Shown: positions 1 through 8,145 of the stretch, in pieces
Position numbering within the stretch: the first letter of the stretch is position 1
Layout: every line of letters begins with the position of its first letter
DNA from: an uncultured Coriobacteriaceae bacterium
GTDB lineage: Bacteria > Actinomycetota > Coriobacteriia > Coriobacteriales > Eggerthellaceae
Assembly (NCBI GenBank): GCA_902768975.1
Contig: CACXMZ010000003.1
Location: 54,941 to 118,940, forward strand
DNA: 64,000 nucleotides
Direction of reading: 5' to 3'
Notes under the pieces: model-generated
The model's input: only the letters and a program-made list of their open reading frames with translations
Database searches by the model: none
What the model was told of the DNA's origin: nothing
Translations under genes and position numbers: made by a program

Positions 1-561
1 GGCGTCGTTATTGCGCTCGGCCGTATGAGTAAGTTCAAGCCGTTGCAGCTGCTTATGCAATTCTATATTTCCATCATGCGTGGTACGCCGCTTATGCTGC
101 AGATGTTCGCCATCTACTTTGCGCCGTACTACGTCTTCGGCATTAACCTTACACCCGACAGTAAATGGACGGCCACGGTTATTGCCTTCATTCTTAATTA
201 CGCTGCTTACTTCGCAGAAATATATCGCGGTGGCATTCAGTCCATTCCGCGCGGCCAATATGAAGCGGCCGATGTGCTGGGCTATTCCAGCAGTCAGACC
301 TTCATGCGCATTGTCTTGCCGCAGGTTATCAAGCGCATTTTGCCTGCTATGGCCAACGAGGTTATCACGCTCGTGAAGGACACGTCGCTGGCCTTTGCCA
401 TTGGCGTGGCCGAAATGTTTAGCACGGCGAAGGCGCTGGCGGCACGCGAAGGGAGCATGATTCCCTTCCTGCTGGCAGGTGCCTTCTACTGGGTATTCAA
501 TATGGTGGTCGAAGTGATTATGGCTCGCTTTGAAAAACGGCTTGACTACTACCACGACTAG
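1..561 (+). CDS. Amino-acid ABC transporter permease (His/Glu/Gln/Arg family), 5' end outside the window
   Basis: Frame 1 is open from base 1, so the ATG at 25 is probably internal. The translation carries the typical polar amino-acid permease core (RGTPLMLQMF...YFAEIYRGGIQSIPRGQYEAA..LG). An ABC ATPase follows 12 nt downstream. Confidence 0.85.
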   Translation, partial: GVVIALGRMSKFKPLQLLMQFYISIMRGTPLMLQMFAIYFAPYYVFGINLTPDSKWTATVIAFILNYAAYFAEIYRGGIQSIPRGQYEAADVLGYSSSQTFMRIVLPQVIKRILPAMANEVITLVKDTSLAFAIGVAEMFSTAKALAAREGSMIPFLLAGAFYWVFNMVVEVIMARFEKRLDYYHD

Positions 562-573
562 GGGGCGCGCAAG

Positions 574-1350
574 ATGACTGAAGCAAAACAACCCCTGGTA
601 AGGCTTGAAAACGTCCATAAGTCCTATGGTGAAAACCATGTGCTACGCGGGATTTCTTTGGCGGTGAATCCCGGAGAAGTCGTGGCTATTATCGGTGCAA
701 GTGGCGGCGGCAAGTCCACGCTCTTGCGCTGCACTACTTTGCTCGAGCGCTTCGATGCGGGCGGCCTTTCCTATGGCGACTTGGAAGTGGCGCGCGACGA
801 AGGCGGCGTGGCGGTTTATGGGCACAAAAACGTCCTGCAGGAAGCCAAGCAGCGCTTTGGGCTGGTGTTCCAGAACTACAACTTGTTCCCGCACTACACG
901 GTTTTGAAAAACCTTATGGATGCCCCCCTGTGCGTACAAAAGCGCGATGCTGCCGAAGTAGAAGCGGAAGCACGCAGGCTGCTTGAACGCATGGGGCTTG
1001 CGGGTAACGAAAACAAGGTGCCCTGTGAACTGTCTGGTGGCCAGCAGCAGCGCGTGAGTATTGCCCGTGCGCTTTGCATGAACCCCGACGTGCTGTTCTT
1101 TGATGAACCCACAAGCGCCCTTGACCCTGAACTTACCCAAGAAGTGCTCAAGGTAATTCGCGACCTGGCGGCCCAACACATGACCATGGTTATCGTGACG
1201 CACGAAATGGCCTTCGCGCGCGACGTGGCGGACCGCATTATCTTTATCGACAAGGGTGTTATTGTTGAAGAAGGCCCTGCTGAACAGCTTATCAACAACC
1301 CTCAGCACGAACGCACCCGCGCCTTCCTTTCCCGTTACGAAAACGGCTAG
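574..1350 (+). CDS. Amino-acid ABC transporter ATP-binding protein (GlnQ-like)
   Basis: Walker [10 protein letters not shown], signature [15 protein letters not shown], Walker [12 protein letters not shown] and H-loop VTHEM are all present. The gene is adjacent to the permease. Confidence 0.9.
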   Translation: MTEAKQPLVRLENVHKSYGENHVLRGISLAVNPGEVVAIIGASGGGKSTLLRCTTLLERFDAGGLSYGDLEVARDEGGVAVYGHKNVLQEAKQRFGLVFQNYNLFPHYTVLKNLMDAPLCVQKRDAAEVEAEARRLLERMGLAGNENKVPCELSGGQQQRVSIARALCMNPDVLFFDEPTSALDPELTQEVLKVIRDLAAQHMTMVIVTHEMAFARDVADRIIFIDKGVIVEEGPAEQLINNPQHERTRAFLSRYENG

Positions 1351-1360
1351 TCGAAGGGCA

Positions 1361-1547
1361 TTCTTCTTTCTATAAAACAACAAACTCGCGTCTTAACGCC
1401 AAGCTAAGTGCGCAAATGAAGCGCGCAATAACTGGGTCCGGTTTCACCTCATCCCTCCACACTCGACCCAGTAATTAGACTAGCGCGCTTCTTAACAGCG
1501 CACTTCCATTGGCTAACGCTCCAATAGTTGTTTTACAGAAAGAAGAA
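1361..1547. repeat. Intergenic palindromic (MITE-like) element A with 21-nt terminal inverted repeats
   Basis: TTCTTCTTTCTATAAAACAAC (1361-1381) matches the reverse complement of GTTGTTTTACAGAAAGAAGAA (1527-1547) at 20/21. An internal core, AATTAGACTAGCGCGCTTCTTAACAGCGC, recurs in the element at 14114-14408. Confidence 0.6.
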
Positions 1548-1590
1548 AACCCTCCGGGGCTTCCTTCCCGAACGGTAGTTGTTTTATAGG

Positions 1591-1621
1591 TAAAAGAAAG
1601 CCCTCCGAGGGGAGGGCTTTC
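1591..1621 (-). terminator. Rho-independent terminator downstream of hpf
   Basis: GC-rich hairpin GAAAGCCCTCC-GAGG-GGAGGGCTTTC (1596-1621). On the minus strand it is followed by a T-run (complement of TAAAA at 1591-1595). Confidence 0.6.
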
Positions 1622-1651
1622 TGAAGTGCGGTGTGTGTTTAACAAGCAGGT

Positions 1652-2215
1652 TTATGCTTGAACGATCTTGCCGTAGTTGCCTTCTTCGCGTCTGTACAGA
1701 ATGCAGATAACGTTGGTGTCGCGGTCCGTGTAGGCAAAGAAGTCGTGGCCGAGCAAGTCCATCTTCACGAGGGCTTCTTCTTCGGTCAGTGGTTCGAATT
1801 CCAGTTCCTTTACGCGCACGACTTCGTCGTTGGCGAGGTCTTCCATGAGGGCGTCGAGGTCCAGTTCAGTACCTTCGGTTTCACGGATGGTTTCACCTTC
1901 GGCGCGGGTCTTGCGGTCCACTACCTTGGTCTTGTATTTGCGCATCTGACGCACCACCTTGGCGGCAGCTACGTCGATGGCAGCATACATGTCGTCTTCA
2001 TGTTCTTCCACGCGGATAATGTGGCCTTTAGTGGAAAGCGTAATCTGGCAGGTAGCGCGACGTGCAATCGCAGGATTCTTTTCGACCTGCAGGACAACGT
2101 CGGCCACGAGCGGATCTATGTCGAAGACCTTCACCGCATTCCCAATCTTTTCTTCTGCATAGGAGCGCAGCGGGTCGGAAACGTTCAAGTTACGTCCAGT
2201 TACTTGGATTTCCAT
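1652..2215 (-). CDS. hpf: Ribosome hibernation-promoting factor, long form
   Basis: N-terminus MEIQVTGRNLNVSDPLRSYAEEKI is typical of the HPF/RaiA S30AE domain. The 187-aa length and C-terminal dimerisation-type domain (VVRVKELEFEPLTEEEA...DFFAY) match long HPF. Confidence 0.9.
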   Translation of the reverse strand: MEIQVTGRNLNVSDPLRSYAEEKIGNAVKVFDIDPLVADVVLQVEKNPAIARRATCQITLSTKGHIIRVEEHEDDMYAAIDVAAAKVVRQMRKYKTKVVDRKTRAEGETIRETEGTELDLDALMEDLANDEVVRVKELEFEPLTEEEALVKMDLLGHDFFAYTDRDTNVICILYRREEGNYGKIVQA

Positions 2216-2471
2216 GGTTTACCTTTCTTCTCGGGGACAAAAAACCAGCCGGAATAGTATATGGTGCGAGGTTGTAGGTACGCGCTCGCCTCCTTTCCCA
2301 AGCTGGTGCTTATAGTATAACGCAAGTTTTAAACTATTTGACGCGAACAGGGCATAGGGAAAAGCCGTGTAGGCACCTTGGTCGAATTATGGAGGGAAAT
2401 AAAACCTTAAAAGCCCTTTTGGTAGAATAAATCGTTGTAATTGAGCGTAATCCGAACGAAAGGGCTTCTCG

Positions 2472-3605
2472 ATGGTGCAACGCGCATATGCACTCAAAGC
2501 GAAGCGGACAGTTTTCGCAGCGTGTATCGCTTTTATAGCTGCTTTGACTTTGGCTTTAACGCCTTCCGCCTGGGCCGACCCTGTTGCTGAAAAACAGGCC
2601 GAAGCACAGGCTGCTCTCCAGTCATTGAATACCATGCTCGCCGAACTCGACGAAGCTAATAATGCCTATGCAGCCGCCGTGGGCGAGCAGGAACAGGCCA
2701 AGAATTTGGTTCGTCAGACGCAAACGCAGATAGACGAACAAACCTCGATTATCGAAGATTTGCAAAATCAGCTGAGCACGCGCGTGCGCAGCATGTACCG
2801 CACGGGTGCTTCGTCTTTCTTGGACGTGCTGTTTGGTTCTACAACCTTTATTAACTTTGCCACCAACTGGGACCTTCTTTCCAATATGAATGCTGAAGAC
2901 GCGGCCCTGGTTTCGCAGACCAAGGTGGAACGCGACAAGCTCGACAAGCTGCGCACTACGCAGTTGCAGCAACAGCAGGCAGCGGCGGAAGCTACCAAGG
3001 AAGCTGAACGCATTCGCGACAAAGCAAATGAAACTGCTAAGCGCATGCAGGAAACCTACGACCAGCTTTCTGCTGAAGCTGAAGAATTGCTTATCCAGCG
3101 TCAGGTGGAAGAAGCCGCGGCTGCTGCAGCGGCGGAAGCTGCCTACTATGCAAACTACGACGCTGGCACCACCGTCGCCATGGAAGACATCACATATTTT
3201 GACGAAGCGACCGGCACGGCAACTCTTGCCGACGGTACGCAGACGCGTGTTGTTGGCTACGACATCAATACGGGTAACGCCATTGTGGACTTGGCGGCCC
3301 AATATGTTGGTGGCAACTATGGTTGGGGCGCGCAGGATCCGAATTCTGCAACCTTCGACTGCTCTGGTTTGGTGCAGTATGTGTATGCCCAGAATGGCAT
3401 TACGGTGGGTGGTCACAACAGCGAAGCTATTCTTAATGCAGGCAATGTCATTAATTCGTCCGACGCTCAGGCGGGCGACATCCTGTGGTGGCAGGGCCAT
3501 GTGGCTATTTATGCGGGTGACGGCATGATGATTTCTGCCGACAACGAGCAATACGGTATTACGTATCGAGAAGTGTCACCCGGCGCCACTTACGTGCGTT
3601 ATTAA
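2472..3605 (+). CDS. Secreted coiled-coil NlpC/P60 (C40) peptidoglycan endopeptidase
   Basis: Signal peptide, then a long Q/E/A-rich coiled coil. The C-terminal NlpC/P60 catalytic core is present (FDCSGLVQYVY...GDILWWQGHVAIY). Confidence 0.85.
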   Translation: MVQRAYALKAKRTVFAACIAFIAALTLALTPSAWADPVAEKQAEAQAALQSLNTMLAELDEANNAYAAAVGEQEQAKNLVRQTQTQIDEQTSIIEDLQNQLSTRVRSMYRTGASSFLDVLFGSTTFINFATNWDLLSNMNAEDAALVSQTKVERDKLDKLRTTQLQQQQAAAEATKEAERIRDKANETAKRMQETYDQLSAEAEELLIQRQVEEAAAAAAAEAAYYANYDAGTTVAMEDITYFDEATGTATLADGTQTRVVGYDINTGNAIVDLAAQYVGGNYGWGAQDPNSATFDCSGLVQYVYAQNGITVGGHNSEAILNAGNVINSSDAQAGDILWWQGHVAIYAGDGMMISADNEQYGITYREVSPGATYVRY

Positions 3606-3749
3606 TATTTGGATATTATTAATAACGCCTGACGCTGCGAAGTAATCTCGTATTTCATCTTGACGCTCCAAGCACTCGTCGCTGCACGAAGGCAGCTTCC
3701 TCGTGCTTTCGCGCCAATCTAAAAGACGAGATTCCTTCTCGCTGTTTTA

Positions 3750-3879
3750 CCATGGGCGACCTGCGACATTTCTCGCTGGCTCTTCAATCACCTATAACTT
3801 TCACCATGGGCGGCCTGCGACATTTCTCACTGGCTCTTCGAGCGCCTGCAACTTTCACCATGGGCGACCTGCGCAATCC
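3750..3879. repeat. 2.4 copies of a 54-bp tandem repeat between the two NlpC/P60 genes
   Basis: Unit CCATGGGCGACCTGCGACATTTCTCGCTGGCTCTTC...AACTTTCA occupies 3750-3803 and 3804-3857, with a partial third copy at 3858-3879. The first 36 nt of each unit are nearly identical. Confidence 0.85.
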
Positions 3880-4121
3880 AAACGCTGCGTCCGGCTTCAC
3901 AAGCTCCTAACAAGGTGTACACAAGTGAGCGACCCCCATATATGGGGGTAGTGGAGAAAGCGCGTTCTAGATATAGCTTTGGCTTGAAAAACCTGTGGTG
4001 AAAAGAGCATAAGTGCTGTTCAATAGCGTACTGGCCCTTCTACACAAGATTTGCCAAGTACCCCATTTTTCCCCTAAACTTTTAGCAGCGCATAAACGTA
4101 GCAAGAAGTTTAGGTGGAACT

Positions 4122-5324
4122 ATGAACACTGAATTGAAACCGTTCCCTAGGCGTTCATTTGTAGCAGGTGCTGCAACCCTGGGTGCCTTGGCAGTTGCCA
4201 ACCCACTGGTTGCCTTTGCAACCCCTACATCGGCTGAAAAGGAAGCGGAAGCAGACGCCGCCGCAGCTGAAGCTGCTGGTATTGAAGCGTCCGCGGCAGA
4301 AAAACAAGCAGAAGTCGACGCTGCTATGGCAGCGCTTGAAAACATGCAGGTGGCTCTTGACGAGGCCTCGCAGAAGTACACTCAGTGCATCCTTGACGAA
4401 GAGGCGGCACGCGCTCGCATGGAAGAATGCCAGCAGCGCATTGAAGAAAAGACCGCCGAAATGCACGAGCTCCAAGATATCCTCTCTTCCCGAGCGCGCA
4501 ATATTTATAGGCAGGGCAACGATTCGTTTATCGACGTGTTGTTGGGTGCGAATTCCTTCGAAGAATTTGCAAGTAATTGGAGTTTGCTGAACTCCATTAC
4601 CAACCAAGACGCCGACTTGGTGGCGCAGTCCCGTGCTGCCCGCGAAGAGTTGCAGGAAGCCCACGTTGAACTGGAAAAGCAAGAAAAGATTGCTCAGGAA
4701 AACGTGGAAGAGGCTGAAAAGGTTCGCATTGAAGCCGAAGCTATGGTGGCTGAAATGCAGACCATCTATGACTCGCTTTCGTCTGAAGCTGCTGAATTGC
4801 TCGAGCAGGCACGTATCGCCCGTGAAACCGAACAGGCTGCGCGTGCTGAAGCCGAAGAACTGGCTCGCCAGGAACAGGCCGCCCGCGAAGAAGCTGCTCG
4901 TGCGGCTGCAGCGGCTGCTGCGGCTGCAACAACCGCTTCCGGCGGTGGCGGTGGCGGCGGTGGTGGCATCGACCCCACGGGCGAAAGTGGCGGCAGTGCT
5001 GTTTACGAAGGCGGCGGCGACATCGTCAGTCGTGCCTACGCTTGCCTGGGTGCTCCCTATGTGTGGGGCGCCGTTGGCCCCTATGGCTACGACTGCTCGG
5101 GCCTGGTGAGCTACTGCTATTTGGGCACGCATGCTCGCCTGGGTACCACCTATACCTTCATGACTTACCCGCAGGTTTCCAACCCGCAGCCAGGCGACAT
5201 TTGCACGCATTCCACGCACTGCGGAATCTATATTGGCAACGGGCAAATGATCCACGCATCCACCTATGGCGTGGGCGTTATCATCGGCCCAGTTCAAAGC
5301 GGTATGATTATCGTAAGGCCGTAA
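4122..5324 (+). CDS. Secreted coiled-coil NlpC/P60 (C40) peptidoglycan endopeptidase, paralogue of 2472-3605
   Basis: Tat-like signal (PRRSFVAGAATLGALA), coiled coil and an Ala/Gly homopolymer linker (AAAAAAAATTASGGGGGGGGG). The NlpC/P60 core YDCSGLVSYCY...GDICTHSTHCGIY is present. Confidence 0.85.
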   Translation: MNTELKPFPRRSFVAGAATLGALAVANPLVAFATPTSAEKEAEADAAAAEAAGIEASAAEKQAEVDAAMAALENMQVALDEASQKYTQCILDEEAARARMEECQQRIEEKTAEMHELQDILSSRARNIYRQGNDSFIDVLLGANSFEEFASNWSLLNSITNQDADLVAQSRAAREELQEAHVELEKQEKIAQENVEEAEKVRIEAEAMVAEMQTIYDSLSSEAAELLEQARIARETEQAARAEAEELARQEQAAREEAARAAAAAAAAATTASGGGGGGGGGIDPTGESGGSAVYEGGGDIVSRAYACLGAPYVWGAVGPYGYDCSGLVSYCYLGTHARLGTTYTFMTYPQVSNPQPGDICTHSTHCGIYIGNGQMIHASTYGVGVIIGPVQSGMIIVRP

Positions 5325-5329
5325 AACAG

Positions 5330-5360
5330 TCGCCGTCCGAAAGGGCGGCGATATTTTTTT
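5330..5360 (+). terminator. Rho-independent terminator after the second NlpC/P60 gene
   Basis: Stem TCGCCGTCC / GGGCGGCGA with a GAAA loop, followed by ATATTTTTTT. Confidence 0.75.
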
Positions 5361-5479
5361 ACCAAGCCACGCTTTACACCCTGCAAATAGGCAGCTTTTT
5401 ATTACTATGACATTTCGGTTAAATTGCTCGAAATGGGGTGTGTTGTGCTAACATATCGTGCGCTGTAAAAAGCGGGAAA

Positions 5480-5556
5480 CGGGATGTGGCTCAGTTTGGT
5501 AGAGCGCTGCGTTCGGGACGCAGAGGTCGCTGGTTCAAATCCAGTCATCCCGACCA
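5480..5556 (+). tRNA. tRNA-Pro (anticodon CGG), CCA encoded
   Basis: A manual cloverleaf fits. The acceptor is CGGGATG/CATCCCG and the D arm is GCTC..GAGC. The anticodon stem CTGCG/CGCAG holds loop TTCGGGA (anticodon CGG). The T arm is GCTGG-TTCAAAT-CCAGT, followed by discriminator A and CCA. Confidence 0.9.
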
Positions 5557-5604
5557 GTTAACGTAACAAGGGCAAATGCCCTTAGAAAGAAAGTTGGAGG
5601 CAGC

Positions 5605-5931
5605 ATGAAAATCTTAGGTTTGGGTGTACCAGAGCTCGTCATTATTCTTGTAGTGGCTTTGCTTATTTTTGGCCCGAAGAACCTTCCCAAGCTGGGGAGC
5701 GCCCTGGGTAAGACCGTGAAGAACCTTCGTGAAGGCATGGGTTCGGCTGAAGAAGCTGCTGAAGAAGGCGCTGAAGAAGTTGAAGCTGAAGTTGAAGAAG
5801 CTGTCGACGAAGCTGCTGAAGCCGAAGCTGAAGTGGTCGAAGAAGCTGAAGAAGCTGAAACACCCTTTAGCGACCCCAACAAGCCGGCTCCTAAAAAGAC
5901 CGCTAAGAAGGTCGTCAAAAAGGCCGAATAA
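5605..5931 (+). CDS. tatA: Twin-arginine translocase subunit TatA/E with acidic C-terminal tail
   Basis: N-terminus MKILGLGVPELVIILVVALLIFGPKNLPKLGSALGKTVKNLREG is the canonical TatA TM plus amphipathic helix. Confidence 0.9.
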   Translation: MKILGLGVPELVIILVVALLIFGPKNLPKLGSALGKTVKNLREGMGSAEEAAEEGAEEVEAEVEEAVDEAAEAEAEVVEEAEEAETPFSDPNKPAPKKTAKKVVKKAE

Positions 5932-5950
5932 AGCCGCATGACACTCCAGG

Positions 5951-5985
5951 CGCGGCATGTGAAAAAGCGTGCCGCGTTTACTTTT
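5951..5985 (+). terminator. Candidate terminator after tatA
   Basis: Hairpin CGCGGCA...TGCCGCG followed by TTTACTTTT. Confidence 0.5.
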
Positions 5986-6020
5986 GTTCAAACTATTCAT
6001 GATTAGTAAAAGGAAAGAAG

Positions 6021-6491
6021 ATGTCTGAAAGCGATTTTATCCTGACCGAAGAAGGTAAGCAGAAGCTCGAAGAAGAACTGTATTACCTGGAAACCGAAAA
6101 GCGCGCCGAAGTGGGCGAGCGCATACGAGTTGCTCGCGAATTCGGAGATATTTCCGAAAACTCTGAGTATGACGATGCGAAGAACGAGCAAGGCCAGATG
6201 GAAGCGCGTATTGCTGAAATAACCCGCATCTTAGGCGACGCTACGGTGGTTGCTGCCCCCAAACGCTCTACGAAGGTAGGCATTGGTTCGGTTGTAACAG
6301 TTAAGATGGGCGACCAGGAGCGCGTGTTTAGTATCGTGGGCGCGGCTGAATCCGACGTGCGCGACGGCAAGATTTCAAACGAGTCGCCCGTGGGCGCGGC
6401 CTTGCTCGGAAAAAAGAAGGGCGACACTGTTTCGGCTCTCGGTCCTTCGGGCAAAGAAATCGAGATGACCATCGTAGATATTTCTAAGTAA
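6021..6491 (+). CDS. greA: Transcription elongation factor GreA
   Basis: Typical GreA motifs are present: REFGDISENSEYDDAK in the coiled coil and a C-terminal ISNESPVGAALLGKKKGD. Confidence 0.95.
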   Translation: MSESDFILTEEGKQKLEEELYYLETEKRAEVGERIRVAREFGDISENSEYDDAKNEQGQMEARIAEITRILGDATVVAAPKRSTKVGIGSVVTVKMGDQERVFSIVGAAESDVRDGKISNESPVGAALLGKKKGDTVSALGPSGKEIEMTIVDISK

Positions 6492-6495
6492 GTTT

Positions 6496-6521
6496 AACGG
6501 CCCGCCTCAGGGCCGTTTTTA
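6496..6521 (+). terminator. Hairpin plus T-run between greA and lysS
   Basis: AACGGCCC-GCCTCA-GGGCCGTT followed by TTTTAT. It lies only 12 nt before the lysS start, so it may act as a partial terminator. Confidence 0.55.
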
Positions 6522-6532
6522 TAGGAGTAGCC

Positions 6533-8065
6533 ATGACTGAAGAACAAGTTGAAGCAACGCAAGCGCAGGAAACAAGCGCGCAGGCGCCAGAAATCGAAGA
6601 CGATCCGCGTGAAGTGCGCTTGGCAAAGCGTGCGGCCCTTATTGAAGCGGGTGAAAACCCCTACGGGCATGCCTTCCAGTATTCGCACCATGTGGCACAG
6701 TTGCAGGAGCTCTACAAGGATGTGCCTGAAGGCGAAATTACCGAAGATGCGGTTGCTATTGCGGGGCGCATTATGGCCATCCGCGACCAGGGCAAAATTT
6801 GCTTTGTAGTGCTGCGCGAATCGGGCGCCGACATTCAGCTGTTCTGCCGCGTGAATAACTTGGGCGACGAAGCCTTTGCGGCCCTGAAGGACCTCGACGT
6901 CGGCGACTGGATTTCTGCTGAAGGCAAGATCATGCGCACGAAGCGTGGGGAACTTTCCGTGATGGTGGAACGCTTCGAGCTGCTTTCGAAGTCACTGCGC
7001 CCCCTGCCTGAAAAGTTCCATGGTCTGGCCGACAAGGAAACGCGTTATCGTCAGCGCTACGTGGACTTGATTGCCAACCCCGAAGTGCGCGACGTCTTCG
7101 AAAAGCGCTTCAAGATTATGCGAGCTATTCGCAGTTACATGGAAGACGAACAGGGCTATTACGAGGTTGAAACACCGTTCTTGCACAACATTATGGGCGG
7201 CGCCAACGCCAAGCCCTTCATTACGCATTTCAATGCCCTCGACAAGGACTTTTACCTGCGTATTGCCACCGAACTGCCCCTGAAGCGCTTGCTCGTGGGT
7301 GGTTTCGAAAAGGTATATGAAATGGGCCGTATCTTCCGCAACGAAGGCATGGACCAAACGCACAACCCTGAATTCACGACCATCGAAGCCTACCAGGCCT
7401 TCGGCGACTTGAATACCATGATGGACCTGACGCGTGGCATGGTGCAGGCGGCAGCTATAGCGGCCTGTGGCACACTGCAGGTGGAATACCAGGGGCAGAC
7501 CATCGACCTTTCGGGCGACTGGGAAGTACGCACCATGTGCGACCTGGCCACCGAAGCGGTGGGCGAACCTATTAACACGGATCGGAGCCTGGAAGACCTG
7601 CGTGCTATTGCACAGCGCTTGGGTATTAAGGTGGAAGAGAAGTGGGGCACGGGCAAGCTCATCTCCGAAATTTTCGAAGAAGCCTGCGAAGAAAAGCTCG
7701 TGCAGCCCATTTTTGTGACGGAGCACCCGCTTGAAGTAAGCCCCTTGGCCAAGAAGTTGCCGGGCAACCCACAGCTGACAGAGCGCTTCGAGCTGTTTAT
7801 CTGTGGGCACGAGTATGCGAATGCATTCAACGAACTGAACGACCCAGTGGACCAGGCCGAGCGCTTCCATGCGCAGGTAGCTGCCAAGGACTACGACGAC
7901 GAAGCCATGGGCTACGACGCCGACTATATCCGCGCGCTTGAGTATGGCATGCCACCCGCCGGTGGTATGGGCTTAGGTATAGACCGCTTGGTCATGCTGC
8001 TTACCGACAGTGCGTCCATCCGCGACGTTCTTCTATATCCAGCTATGAAACCAGAGGCCGAATAG
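6533..8065 (+). CDS. lysS: Lysine--tRNA ligase (class II)
   Basis: The full-length class II LysRS pattern is present (RYRQRYVDLI, FRNEGMDQTHNPEFT, GGMGLGIDRLVMLLT). Confidence 0.95.
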   Translation: MTEEQVEATQAQETSAQAPEIEDDPREVRLAKRAALIEAGENPYGHAFQYSHHVAQLQELYKDVPEGEITEDAVAIAGRIMAIRDQGKICFVVLRESGADIQLFCRVNNLGDEAFAALKDLDVGDWISAEGKIMRTKRGELSVMVERFELLSKSLRPLPEKFHGLADKETRYRQRYVDLIANPEVRDVFEKRFKIMRAIRSYMEDEQGYYEVETPFLHNIMGGANAKPFITHFNALDKDFYLRIATELPLKRLLVGGFEKVYEMGRIFRNEGMDQTHNPEFTTIEAYQAFGDLNTMMDLTRGMVQAAAIAACGTLQVEYQGQTIDLSGDWEVRTMCDLATEAVGEPINTDRSLEDLRAIAQRLGIKVEEKWGTGKLISEIFEEACEEKLVQPIFVTEHPLEVSPLAKKLPGNPQLTERFELFICGHEYANAFNELNDPVDQAERFHAQVAAKDYDDEAMGYDADYIRALEYGMPPAGGMGLGIDRLVMLLTDSASIRDVLLYPAMKPEAE

Positions 8066-8145
8066 CGCGCTTGCCCTGGCGCATAACGCACTTGTTTTGC
8101 GCTGTCACGTAGCGAAGTACGCTCGGCGCAAAGGCGTGCGTACTT

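Noticed and set aside
3703-3951. 82-aa ORF with repeated FHHGRPATFL peptide.
   Set aside because: The periodic peptide is simply the translation of the 54-bp tandem DNA repeat. There is no RBS, the codon usage is atypical, and it sits in the leader of the second NlpC/P60 gene. It is treated as non-coding repeat.
2216-4121. Possible cyclic-di-AMP (ydaO-type) riboswitch upstream of the NlpC/P60 hydrolases, as known for some actinobacterial wall hydrolases.
   Set aside because: I could not find the conserved ydaO blocks as I recall them (for example GGGGUGAAUC or CAGCUAACCUCGUAAGCG-like segments, or the pseudo-two-fold arrangement) in either leader. A covariance-model scan would be decisive.
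5614-6000. Several ORFs overlapping tatA on both strands (5535-5939, 5614-6000, 5663-5863, 5729-5941).
   Set aside because: They are produced by the GAAGAAGCTGAA-type low-complexity repeats that encode the acidic TatA tail. Only the + frame starting at 5605 has the TatA TM/amphipathic-helix signature.
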